Shown piece after piece: positions 9,288 to 19,010 of a stretch of 64,000 nucleotides of DNA (positions are counted from its first letter, which is position 1; each line of letters begins with the position of its first letter). Made by a program: the position numbers and the translations under genes. Below the pieces are notes generated by a model, which saw nothing but the letters and a program-made list of their open reading frames with translations, ran no database searches and was not told the DNA's origin. This stretch comes from Obrimoposthia wandeli (lineage: Eukaryota): contig CDROCS010003797.1 in NCBI GenBank assembly GCA_977020255.1, forward strand, positions 62,001-126,000, in the 5' to 3' direction.

Positions 9288-12083
9288 ATGAGCCTGTATT
9301 TAGAATATATAGCAGAAATTGAAAATCGTAAAAATAAGCTAGGTTTAGCCCCTAAGCCTATCGATAGTGCTGAGTTATTAGCGGAAATCATTGAACAAAT
9401 TAAAGATAAAGGACACGCACACCGCGAAGATTCTTTGAACTTCTTTATCTATAACACGTTACCGGGTACTACAAGTGCCGCCGGTGAAAAAGCGGCATTT
9501 TTGAAAAAAATTATCTTAGGTGAAGAAATTGTAACAGAAATTTCTGTTGAATTTGCTTTTGAACTACTTTCCCACATGAAAGGTGGTCCATCTATCGGCG
9601 TATTACTTGACCTAGCGTTAAGTGACGATGCTGCATTATCAACACCAGCTGCTAACGTATTAAAAACACAAGTATTCTTATACGATGCTGATACAGCTCG
9701 TCTTGAAGCAGCTTACAAAGCAGGCAACGCTGTTGCTAAAGAGTTGTTAGAAAGCTATGCAGCCGCTGAGTTTTTCACCAAGCTGCCTAACATTGAAGAA
9801 AAAATTGAAGTTGTGACTTATATTGCTGGTGAAGGCGATATCTCAACAGATTTACTTTCTCCAGGTCATCAAGCGCATTCTCGTGCTGACCGTGAGTTAC
9901 ACGGCCAGTGTATGATCACGCCAGAAGCACAAAAAGAAATACAAGCGTTACAAGCTAAGCACCCGAAAGCAAAAGTGATGCTAATTGCTGAAAAAGGCAC
10001 AATGGGCGTTGGCTCTTCTCGTATGTCGGGTGTTAACAATGTCGCTCTTTGGGCTGGTAAACAAGCAAGTCCTTACGTACCATTTATTAACATTGCCCCT
10101 GTAGTTGCTGGTACTAACGGTATTTCTCCAATCTTCTTAACGACTGTTGATGTTACTGGTGGTATTGGTCTTGATCTTAAAAACTGGGTTAAGAAAGTTG
10201 ATGCCAACGGTAATAACGTTGTTGACGAAAATGGCGATGCTATTCTAGAAGAAGCTTACTCGGTAGCCACAGGTACGGTATTAACCATTGATACTAAAGC
10301 GAAGAAGTTACTGAATGGTGATAAAGAACTATCTGACATTTCTTCAGCTTTCACTCCACAAAAAGTAGAGTTTATGAAAGCAGGCGGTTCTTACGCGGTG
10401 GTATTTGGTAAAAAACTACAAACGTTTGCCTCTGAAGCTTTAGGGGTAGAAACTAAACTTGTTTATGCTGCTTCGAAAGAAATTTCACATGCAGGTCAAG
10501 GCCTTACGGCTGTAGAAAAAATATTCAACCGAAATGCGGTTGGTGTTCTTTCTGAAACTGATCTTCATGCCGGTTCAGATGTGCGCGTTAAAGTAAACAT
10601 TGTTGGTTCACAAGACACCACCGGCCCAATGACTTGCCAAGAGCTAGAAGCAATGGCAGCATCAACTATCTCGCCTTTAGTTGACGGTGCATACCAATCG
10701 GGTTGTCACACTGCATCAGTTTGGGATAGCAAAGCTAAAGCTAACATTCCTAAGCTAATGAGCTTTATGAATAAGTTTGGCCTTATCACGGCTCGTGACC
10801 CTAAAGGTGTATACCCTGCGATGACAGATGTTATTCATAAAGTATTGAATGACCTTACTGTTGACGATAGAGCAATCATCATCGGCGGTGACTCGCATAC
10901 TCGTATGTCTAAAGGTGTCGCATTTGGTGCCGACTCAGGTACGGTAGCGATTGCACTAGCAACAGGTGAAGCGGCTATGCCAATTCCAGAGTCTGTTAAA
11001 GTTACCTTTAAAGGCAACATGCAAGGTCACATGGATTTTCGTGATGTGGTACATGCAACACAAGCGCAAATGCTTAAGCAGTTTGGTGGTGAGAACGTAT
11101 TCCAAGGTCGTATCATCGAAGTACATATTGGTACGTTAATGGCTGACCAAGCATTCACCTTCACTGATTGGTCTGCAGAAATGAAAGCGAAAGCTTCAAT
11201 CTGTATTTCAAATAATGAAACCTTAATTAAATCAATCGAGCTTGCTAAGAGCCGTATCCAAATCATGATCGACAAGGGTATGGAAAACGAAGCTAAAACA
11301 CTTAACGGCTTAATCGCATTAGCTGACAAGCGTATTGAAGAAGTTCAATCAGGCACGAGTCCAGCACTAGCACCTGACGACGCCGCGAAATACTATGCAG
11401 AAGTTGTGATCGATTTAGACGTTATCGACCAACCAATGATTGCTGACCCTGATGTAAACAACGATGATGCATCTAAGCGTTACACCCATGATGTTATTCG
11501 TCCAGTATCATACTATGACGGCAAAACTGTCGACTTAGCCTTTGTAGGCTCTTGTATGGTACACAAAGGTGACATGCAAATCATCGCGCAAATGTTACGT
11601 AACATTGAAAAACAAAATGGCAAAGTAGAATTTAAAGTGCCACTCGTTGTTGCGCCACCAACGTACAACATTGTTGATGAACTTAAAGCTGAAGGCGATT
11701 GGGATATTTTACGTAAATATTCTGGTTTTGAATTTGATGATGCTAACCCGAAAAGTGCTGCACGTACTAAGTACGAAAACATCATGTATTTAGAACGCCC
11801 TGGTTGTAACTTATGTATGGGTAACCAAGAAAAAGCTGAACCTGGCGACACGGTTATCGCCACATCAACGCGTTTATTCCAAGGTCGTGTTGTAGCCGAT
11901 ACTGCAGAGAAAAAAGGTGAATCATTACTAGGTTCAACACCTTTAGTTGTGCTTTCAGCTGTACTTGGCCGTTTCCCAACACTCGAAGAATATAAAGCTG
12001 CTGTTGAAGGTATTGACTTAACTCGCTTCGCTCCTCCTACAGAAGAGATGAGCACTAAGTACGTACCGATTAAAATGGTATAA
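9288..12083 (+). CDS. acnB: Second, longer-type aconitate hydratase B (931 aa)
   Basis: Motifs [31 protein letters not shown]; Fe-S Cys in FVGSCMVHKG and PGCNLCMGNQ; clearly divergent from the 863-aa copy. Confidence 0.93.
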   Translation: MSLYLEYIAEIENRKNKLGLAPKPIDSAELLAEIIEQIKDKGHAHREDSLNFFIYNTLPGTTSAAGEKAAFLKKIILGEEIVTEISVEFAFELLSHMKGGPSIGVLLDLALSDDAALSTPAANVLKTQVFLYDADTARLEAAYKAGNAVAKELLESYAAAEFFTKLPNIEEKIEVVTYIAGEGDISTDLLSPGHQAHSRADRELHGQCMITPEAQKEIQALQAKHPKAKVMLIAEKGTMGVGSSRMSGVNNVALWAGKQASPYVPFINIAPVVAGTNGISPIFLTTVDVTGGIGLDLKNWVKKVDANGNNVVDENGDAILEEAYSVATGTVLTIDTKAKKLLNGDKELSDISSAFTPQKVEFMKAGGSYAVVFGKKLQTFASEALGVETKLVYAASKEISHAGQGLTAVEKIFNRNAVGVLSETDLHAGSDVRVKVNIVGSQDTTGPMTCQELEAMAASTISPLVDGAYQSGCHTASVWDSKAKANIPKLMSFMNKFGLITARDPKGVYPAMTDVIHKVLNDLTVDDRAIIIGGDSHTRMSKGVAFGADSGTVAIALATGEAAMPIPESVKVTFKGNMQGHMDFRDVVHATQAQMLKQFGGENVFQGRIIEVHIGTLMADQAFTFTDWSAEMKAKASICISNNETLIKSIELAKSRIQIMIDKGMENEAKTLNGLIALADKRIEEVQSGTSPALAPDDAAKYYAEVVIDLDVIDQPMIADPDVNNDDASKRYTHDVIRPVSYYDGKTVDLAFVGSCMVHKGDMQIIAQMLRNIEKQNGKVEFKVPLVVAPPTYNIVDELKAEGDWDILRKYSGFEFDDANPKSAARTKYENIMYLERPGCNLCMGNQEKAEPGDTVIATSTRLFQGRVVADTAEKKGESLLGSTPLVVLSAVLGRFPTLEEYKAAVEGIDLTRFAPPTEEMSTKYVPIKMV

Positions 12084-12191
12084 GCTTAGCCTATCGGTTT
12101 AGCTAACATGTCTCGTTAACGTTAGCTAAACTCGGTGTTCGACTCAATGCTTAAATCAAGCATTAAGACATAACACTGTAGGTTTAATACC

Positions 12192-12224
12192 AAAAAAGGT
12201 GACTTAATATAAGTCACCTTTTTT
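12192..12224. terminator. Bidirectional intrinsic terminator between acnB (long) and the lipoprotein gene
   Basis: AAAAAAGGTGACTTA-ATA-TAAGTCACCTTTTTT perfect inverted repeat between convergent genes. Confidence 0.9.
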
Positions 12225-12266
12225 ATGTCTTCGCTTATGACAAACCGTAAGAAAACATTCAATAGA

Positions 12267-12611
12267 TTACGGCTTAGGACACTCAATATTCGCAGATAAT
12301 GAAGGCATGATCATATTAGGAAATGACAATTTATCATCGAAGCGCTCTACCCCCTTCAATACTTCAATTTTAAAACCGTAACTTTTACATATCTGTAACG
12401 ATTGACGCATCAAAAAAGTAGCTAACTTGCTAAATTCGGTATTATTTTTTGCAATAACTTGCAGGTGATATTTCCCGCTTCCTAAATCTGATTGCTTAAA
12501 CTGAACCTGATGATCAAAATCCCATTGAGACGCACCATTCGGTGTCGCTACAAGGTTTGAACAAGCACTCAGTAATACTAAGGTAACTAACAAAGCTATT
12601 GTTTTCTTCAC
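12267..12611 (-). CDS. Putative lipoprotein, unknown function
   Basis: Likely GTG start at 12611 gives MKKTIALLVTLVLLSA-C (lipobox); two further Cys (ICKSYG, IECPK). The ORF track extends the frame to 12662. Confidence 0.7.
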   Translation of the reverse strand: MKKTIALLVTLVLLSACSNLVATPNGASQWDFDHQVQFKQSDLGSGKYHLQVIAKNNTEFSKLATFLMRQSLQICKSYGFKIEVLKGVERFDDKLSFPNMIMPSLSANIECPKP

Positions 12612-12727
12612 GATTAACCCCTTACTTAACAAACCTATTATTAATAAACATAATCTAAACACTATACAATAAACATTATCATACGAAAGTCATCGCATTC
12701 AGTACAGTATTGCAGAAAATGAAGAGT

Positions 12728-12773
12728 TATACCCAAGCCACTTGAAGATGCCGTTTCAAGTGGCTTGGGTATA
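12728..12773. repeat. 46-bp minimal copy (termini only) of the element at 5731-6142
   Basis: TATACCCAAGCCACTTGAA-GATGCCGT-TTCAAGTGGCTTGGGTATA: perfect 19-bp inverted repeat; first 24 nt identical to the left end of the 412-bp element. Confidence 0.9.
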
Positions 12774-12791
12774 TAGTCAAATTTAAAAGAC

Positions 12792-12819
12792 AAAAAAGCC
12801 AGCATAGTCGCTGGCTTTT
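12792..12819 (-). terminator. Intrinsic terminator of lpdA
   Basis: AAAAAAGCCAGC-ATAGTC-GCTGGCTTTT hairpin with U-tract on the minus strand, about 45 bp after the lpdA stop. Confidence 0.85.
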
Positions 12820-12863
12820 CAATTAACTAATCGTGAACGTTAACATTTACATTCACACAAAAA

Positions 12864-14294
12864 TTACTTTTTCTTTTTAACTGCTTTTGCATTAGGTAAA
12901 TCAGTGATTGAACCTTCAAAGATTTCTGCTGCTAAGCCGATTGATTCATTTAGTGTTGGATGAGCATGAATCGTTAATGCAAGATCTTCTGCATCGGCAC
13001 CCATTTCAACCGCTAAACAAACTTCGCCCAGCATTTCGCCAGCATTGATACCAACAATAGCACCACCAAGTACACGGCCAGTTTCTTTTTCGAAGATCAT
13101 CTTAGTTTTACCTTCAGTACGTGCAGAGGCAATTGCACGACCAGAAGCTGCCCAAGGGAAGTTAGCTACTTCAATATTTAAACCTTGCTCTTTCGCTTCA
13201 CGTTCAGTAACACCAACCCAAGCCATTTCTGGATCAGTATAAGCAATTGAAGGAATACAGCGTGGGTCAAATACGTGCTTCTTACCAGCAATAACTTCAG
13301 CAGCACAATGTGCTTCATGTACAGCTTTATGAGCAAGCATAGGTTGACCCACAACGTCACCAATAGCAAAGATATGATTTACGTTAGTACGAAGTTCGTT
13401 AGTTACATTGATGAAACCACGTTCATCAACATTAACACCCGCTTTATCAGCCGCAACTAAGTGACCATTTGGCTTACGACCAACAGCAACTAAAATCTTG
13501 TCGTAGCGTACTTGCTCAGCCGGTGCGTTTTTGCCTTCAAATGTTACATACAAACCATCGTCTTTTGCTTCAACGGCAACAACTTTCGTTGATAACATGA
13601 TGTTGAATTTTTTCTTGTTGAAGTTAGTGTAAACTTTAACAATGTCTTTATCTGCCGCTGGAACCAATTGATCAGCAAATTCTACCACTGATACATTAGA
13701 GCCTAATGCATTGTATACCGTACCCATTTCTAGACCGATAATACCGCCACCAAGTACTAACATTTCTGCTGGTATGTCTTGAAGCTCTAAAGCACCCGTT
13801 GAATCAATAACACGTGGGTCTTCAGTTGGAATGAACGGTAAATCTACAACCGAAGAACCTGCTGCGATAATCGCATTATCAAAAGTAATTGTTGTTTTGC
13901 CATCTGCGCCTTCAACTTCGATAGTTTTATCAGAAGTGAATTTGCCGTAGCCAAATACTGTTGTAACTTTACGTGCTTTAGCCATACCGCCTAAACCACC
14001 GGTTAATTGACCAACAACACTTTCTTTCCAGTCACGAATTTTGTCTAAATCAATTTTAGGAGTACCAAAAGTAACACCATGTGATGCCATTGCTGCCGCA
14101 TCATCAATAACTTTAGCTACGTGTAAAAGTGCTTTTGAAGGGATACAACCCACATTCAAACAAACGCCACCAAGCGTCTCACGGCTTTCAACTAAGATTA
14201 CGTCTAAACCTAAATCTGCTGCGCGAAATGCTGCTGAATAGCCACCAGGACCCGCACCTAAAACTACTACTTGAGTTTTAATATCGTTACTCAT
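12864..14294 (-). CDS. lpdA: Dihydrolipoyl dehydrogenase (E3)
   Basis: GAGPGGY FAD motif, GGVCLNVGCIPSK redox disulfide, HAHPTLNE. Confidence 0.98.
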   Translation of the reverse strand: MSNDIKTQVVVLGAGPGGYSAAFRAADLGLDVILVESRETLGGVCLNVGCIPSKALLHVAKVIDDAAAMASHGVTFGTPKIDLDKIRDWKESVVGQLTGGLGGMAKARKVTTVFGYGKFTSDKTIEVEGADGKTTITFDNAIIAAGSSVVDLPFIPTEDPRVIDSTGALELQDIPAEMLVLGGGIIGLEMGTVYNALGSNVSVVEFADQLVPAADKDIVKVYTNFNKKKFNIMLSTKVVAVEAKDDGLYVTFEGKNAPAEQVRYDKILVAVGRKPNGHLVAADKAGVNVDERGFINVTNELRTNVNHIFAIGDVVGQPMLAHKAVHEAHCAAEVIAGKKHVFDPRCIPSIAYTDPEMAWVGVTEREAKEQGLNIEVANFPWAASGRAIASARTEGKTKMIFEKETGRVLGGAIVGINAGEMLGEVCLAVEMGADAEDLALTIHAHPTLNESIGLAAEIFEGSITDLPNAKAVKKKK

Positions 14295-14546
14295 GCTAAC
14301 CTCAAAAATTGATGTATTTATTGCTGGTTGTGCCAGCCTATATTTGCCAAATTTTTATTAACGGCGTTAGCAATTAATATTTCAGCACATTTTTGTATTT
14401 TTCTTGCCGGCAATTTTACTTAAACCGCACAAGGATCGCTATCTTTTAATTAGCGAAAATTTGGTAAAAGTGAAAATTCAGCTAAGGACTTTCACTTTAC
14501 CAACATTATCTCAAATCATTGATTCTTTAAACGCTATTACAGCAAC

Positions 14547-16205
14547 TTATAGAATCAGTTTTCTGATGTCACTCATCACACTTGCCAAATGCACGGTAAA
14601 GCGTGCCGCTAATGCGCCATCAATAACACGATGATCGTATGACATTGACAATGGCAACATTAATTTAGGTTCAAAGTCTTTGCCATTCCATTTAGGTTTC
14701 ATTTCTGATTTAGAGACACCTAAAATAGCCACTTCGGGCGCATTAACAATCGGCGTAAATGCCGTACCGCCAATACCACCAAGGCTTGAAATAGTAAAAC
14801 AGCCACCTTGCATGTCATTCGCTTTTAACTTGCCATCACGCGCTTTCATACTGATTTCAAGTAACTCACGTGATAACTGGTGAATACCCTTTTGATCAAC
14901 ATCACGCACTACTGGCACAACTAAACCGTTAGGCGTATCAACCGCAACACCAATGTGAATGTACTTTTTAAGGATTAAGCTTTCGCCATCTTCACTTAAG
15001 CTTGAGTTAAACACTGGGAAAGCTCGAAGTGCATCAGCAGCCGCCTTTAAAATAAACACTAATGGCGTAATTTTAAAGCCTAACTTTTGCTTTTCACAAA
15101 TAACATTTTGTTCTTTACGAAATGCTTCAACATTAGTGATATCAGCTTCATCAAATTGGGTTACATGTGGAATAGTCACCCAGTTACGATGTAAAAATGG
15201 TCCAGAAATCTTCTGAATACGCGTTAATGCTTTCGTTTCAACTTCACCAAATTTAGAGAAATCAATTTGCTTAGCACTAACAACTTGTAAACCACCTTCA
15301 CCGGCAGCAACTGAACTACCCGCGTTGGCTTTCGGACGAGACAATTCATACTTAACATATGATTGTACGTCTTCTTTTAGAATACGCCCTTTACGACCAG
15401 AACCTTTCACTGCCGTTAAATCAACGCCAAATTCGCGCGCTAAGCGACGAATTGAAGGCGAAGTATAAATAGAACCGGCATTCGTTAAACCCACTTGTGG
15501 ATGATGCGGTACTGGTGCTGCTTTTTTCGCAACAGGAGCAGGCACAGCCACTTCAGCTTTTTCAGGGGCAGCAACCGGCGCTTCAGCAACAACCGGTGCA
15601 CCAGAGCTAGTTTCTAGCTTGATAACAATTGAGCCTTGCTTAACTTTATCACCCGTGCTGATGAAAACTTCTTTCACGGTTCCGGCGTGTGAAGAAGGTA
15701 CATCCATGGTCGCTTTATCAGTTTCTAAAGTGATTAAACCATCTTCGGCTTCAATCACATCACCAACAGCAACGAGTACATCGATAACATCGACTTCGCC
15801 GTCTTCACCAATATCAGGTACAGCGATATCAATAATTTCACTGCTTGTTGCCGCCGGGGCTGCTACAGGTGCTGGCGCTTGAGCGGCAACCTCTGCTTTC
15901 ACTTCAGGTTCAACAGGCTTTTCAGCAGGTGCTGCAACTTCAGGCTCTGAAGATTCGCCACTCGCGGCGGCGCTCTTCATTTGGGCAATGACATCACCTT
16001 CTTTGATCTTGTCGCCAACACTTACCGTTAGCGCCACAAGCTCACCCGCAAATGGCGCAGGAATATCCATTGAAGCTTTATCAGTTTCTACGGTAATAAT
16101 ACCTTCGTCAGCTTCTAAGTTATCGCCAACAGCAAAGCATATTTCGATAACTTCGACTTCATCGCCACCGACATCAGGGACGAGAATTTTTTCAATAGTA
16201 GACAT
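14547..16205 (-). CDS. aceF: Pyruvate dehydrogenase E2, dihydrolipoyl transacetylase (two lipoyl domains)
   Basis: Two lipoyl motifs (ETDKASMDI, ETDKATMDV), Ala/Pro linkers, GSGRKGRI binding domain, DHRVIDG catalytic motif. Confidence 0.98.
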   Translation of the reverse strand: MSTIEKILVPDVGGDEVEVIEICFAVGDNLEADEGIITVETDKASMDIPAPFAGELVALTVSVGDKIKEGDVIAQMKSAAASGESSEPEVAAPAEKPVEPEVKAEVAAQAPAPVAAPAATSSEIIDIAVPDIGEDGEVDVIDVLVAVGDVIEAEDGLITLETDKATMDVPSSHAGTVKEVFISTGDKVKQGSIVIKLETSSGAPVVAEAPVAAPEKAEVAVPAPVAKKAAPVPHHPQVGLTNAGSIYTSPSIRRLAREFGVDLTAVKGSGRKGRILKEDVQSYVKYELSRPKANAGSSVAAGEGGLQVVSAKQIDFSKFGEVETKALTRIQKISGPFLHRNWVTIPHVTQFDEADITNVEAFRKEQNVICEKQKLGFKITPLVFILKAAADALRAFPVFNSSLSEDGESLILKKYIHIGVAVDTPNGLVVPVVRDVDQKGIHQLSRELLEISMKARDGKLKANDMQGGCFTISSLGGIGGTAFTPIVNAPEVAILGVSKSEMKPKWNGKDFEPKLMLPLSMSYDHRVIDGALAARFTVHLASVMSDIRKLIL

Positions 16206-16230
16206 TTCTTAATTCCTTATCTCGTCTTAA

Positions 16231-18906
16231 TTACGCGTAAAGCGGATTAATTTTGTCAGCGTTAATATTAAAACGTGTGATAGCTTCACTCACGACTGAG
16301 TGCTTAATATCACCACGATTTGCCAGCTCATAAAGTGCAGCAACTACAATGTAGTTTTGATCAACTTCAAAATGCTGGCGTAAGTTAGCGCGACTATCAC
16401 TACGACCAAAACCATCAGTACCTAAAACACGATATTCAGTATTGATATAACCGCGAATTTGGTCAGAATAATTTTTAACATAATCAGTTGCTGCAATGGC
16501 AGGGCCTTTATCAGCAGTAATAACGTTAGCAATATAAGCCGTTTTTTGTTTGCTTTCAGGGTGCAACATGTTCCAACGAGCAACTTCTTGTCCGTCACGT
16601 GCTAGTTCATTAAATGAAGTCACTGAGTAAACATCACTTGATACACCGTAATCAGCTGACAAAATTTGCGCTGCTTGGCGTACTTTTTGTAAAATAGTAC
16701 CTGAGCCCATCAACTGTACATTGGCTTTCGCTTTTTTCGCCTCAACACGTTCAAGTTGGTAAATACCTTTGATAATTTCGTCTTCAACCGTTTTATTATC
16801 AGGTATTGCCGGGTGTTGATAGTTTTCGTTCATTAGCGTTAAGTAAAAGAAAACATTTTCATTTTCTTCGTACATGCGACGTAAACCTTCACGTACGATA
16901 ACAGCAATTTCATAGCCATAAGTTGGATCATAAGTAACACAATTAGGAATTAAACCCGCTTGTACATGTGAATGACCATCTTGATGTTGTAAACCTTCAC
17001 CATTTAGCGTGGTTCTACCGGCGGTTGCGCCTAATAAGAAACCACGTGCTTGGCTATCGCCAGCTGCCCATGCTAAATCACCAACACGTTGGAAACCAAA
17101 CATTGAATAGTAAATGTAGAATGGAATTGTCGTTGCATTACAGGTTGAATAAGAAGTACCTGAGGCAACCCAAGACGCCATAGCACCTAATTCGTTAATA
17201 CCTTCTTGTAATACTTGGCCTTTCTTATCTTCACGATAATAAGCAACTTGGTCAGCATCTTGAGGAACGTATTTTTGTCCTTCGCTAGCATAAATACCGA
17301 CTTGACGGAACAAGCCTTCCATACCAAAAGTACGTGCTTCATCAGGAATAATTGGCACAATACGCTTACCAATTTTTTTGTCTTTTAATAAGCTATTAAG
17401 TACACGCACGAAAGTCATTGTTGATGAAACTTCGCGATCTCCAGAACCTTTTAAAATAGGCTCAAAGATTTTTAACGCTGGCACATCAAGCGTTTCTTCA
17501 GCTTGCTGACGACGAGCCGGTAATGAACCACCTAGTGCTTCACGACGCGCTTTCATGTACTTGAATTCTTCACTGTCTTCAGGGAATTTGTAAAAAGGTA
17601 AATCAGCAATTTTGTCATCGCTAACCGGAATATTGAAACGGTCACGGTAATGTTTAATCGCATCAACGTCCATTTTCTTGACGTTATGAGCAATATTCAA
17701 TGCTTCGCCTGAAGCACCTAAACCAAAACCTTTAACCGTTTTAGCTAAAATGACTGTCGGACGACCTTTCGTGTTTATCGCTTTTTCATAAGCCGCATAA
17801 ACTTTAACTGGATCATGACCACCACGATTTAAACGCCAAATATCTTCGTCTGACATATTAGCAACCAGTGCCGCAGTTTCAGGGTATTTATTGAAGAAGT
17901 TTTCGCGCGTGTACTTACCACCTTTCGCTTTACAGTTTTGGTATTCACCATCAACGGTTTCGTTCATCAACTGTAGTAATTTACCTGAAGTATCACGGGC
18001 AATAAGTGAATCCCAGTATGAACCCCAAATAACTTTAACCACTTCCCAGCCTGCGCCACGGAATGTGCCTTCAAGTTCTTGAATGATTTTACCGTTACCA
18101 CGAACAGGACCATCTAAACGCTGTAGGTTACAGTTGATCACGAACGTTAAGTTATCTAAGCCTTCACGTGTTGCTAAACCGATAGCACCTAATGATTCTG
18201 GCTCATCAGTTTCACCATCGCCTAGGAAACAATAAACACGTTGACCAGAACAATCTTTAATACCGCGATCAGTTAAATACTTAAGAAAGCGTGCAGTATA
18301 AATAGCTTGCAGTGGACCTAAACCCATTGAAACCGTTGGAAACTGCCAAAAGTCTGGCATTAAATGAGGATGCGGGTATGAAGACAAACCTTTACCATCA
18401 CACTCTTGACGGAAATTATCCATTTGCTCTTCGGTTAATCGACCTTCCATAAATGCACGAGCATAAATACCTGGAGAGATATGACCTTGAGCGAAAATGA
18501 AATCACCGCCATCTTTTTCTGATGATGCTTTAAAGAAATGGTTAAAACCAACATCATATAACGTTGAAGAAGAAGCAAAGCTACCAATGTGGCCACCCAA
18601 CTCTAAATCTTTTTTCGAGGCACGTAATACTAATACCAAAGCATTCCAACGAATAGCAGCACGAATGCGTGACTCTATTGTTTGGTCCGCAGGCATATGT
18701 GGTTCTAACCCTGGTGGGATAGTGTTTACATAAGCTGTTTTAGCATCAAATGGTAAATGTGTACCGCTACGACGTGCTCTGTCGATTAACTTTTCAAGTA
18801 GAAAATGAGCGCGCTCTGGCCCTTCATTTTCTAACACAGACTCCATTGATTCTAACCATTCTTGGGTTTCCATTGAATCAATATCTAGATTTGGGAGCTC
18901 AGACAT
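16231..18906 (-). CDS. aceE: Pyruvate dehydrogenase E1, homodimeric type
   Basis: GGHIGSFASS, PTVSMGLGP, GDGETDEPES TPP motif, GEGLQHQDGHS. Confidence 0.98.
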   Translation of the reverse strand: MSELPNLDIDSMETQEWLESMESVLENEGPERAHFLLEKLIDRARRSGTHLPFDAKTAYVNTIPPGLEPHMPADQTIESRIRAAIRWNALVLVLRASKKDLELGGHIGSFASSSTLYDVGFNHFFKASSEKDGGDFIFAQGHISPGIYARAFMEGRLTEEQMDNFRQECDGKGLSSYPHPHLMPDFWQFPTVSMGLGPLQAIYTARFLKYLTDRGIKDCSGQRVYCFLGDGETDEPESLGAIGLATREGLDNLTFVINCNLQRLDGPVRGNGKIIQELEGTFRGAGWEVVKVIWGSYWDSLIARDTSGKLLQLMNETVDGEYQNCKAKGGKYTRENFFNKYPETAALVANMSDEDIWRLNRGGHDPVKVYAAYEKAINTKGRPTVILAKTVKGFGLGASGEALNIAHNVKKMDVDAIKHYRDRFNIPVSDDKIADLPFYKFPEDSEEFKYMKARREALGGSLPARRQQAEETLDVPALKIFEPILKGSGDREVSSTMTFVRVLNSLLKDKKIGKRIVPIIPDEARTFGMEGLFRQVGIYASEGQKYVPQDADQVAYYREDKKGQVLQEGINELGAMASWVASGTSYSTCNATTIPFYIYYSMFGFQRVGDLAWAAGDSQARGFLLGATAGRTTLNGEGLQHQDGHSHVQAGLIPNCVTYDPTYGYEIAVIVREGLRRMYEENENVFFYLTLMNENYQHPAIPDNKTVEDEIIKGIYQLERVEAKKAKANVQLMGSGTILQKVRQAAQILSADYGVSSDVYSVTSFNELARDGQEVARWNMLHPESKQKTAYIANVITADKGPAIAATDYVKNYSDQIRGYINTEYRVLGTDGFGRSDSRANLRQHFEVDQNYIVVAALYELANRGDIKHSVVSEAITRFNINADKINPLYA

Positions 18907-19010
18907 AATTACTTAGTCTCCAATTGTTATATGTTAAGTAAATTTATTTGTTTAAAGATAGCTGCTTTTAAGCAAATATCCTTATCGTAAAGTCATTGTT
19001 CAAAAAAGCG

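Noticed and set aside
14547-16205. AceF with two rather than three lipoyl domains
   Set aside because: Lipoyl domain number varies commonly among gammaproteobacteria.
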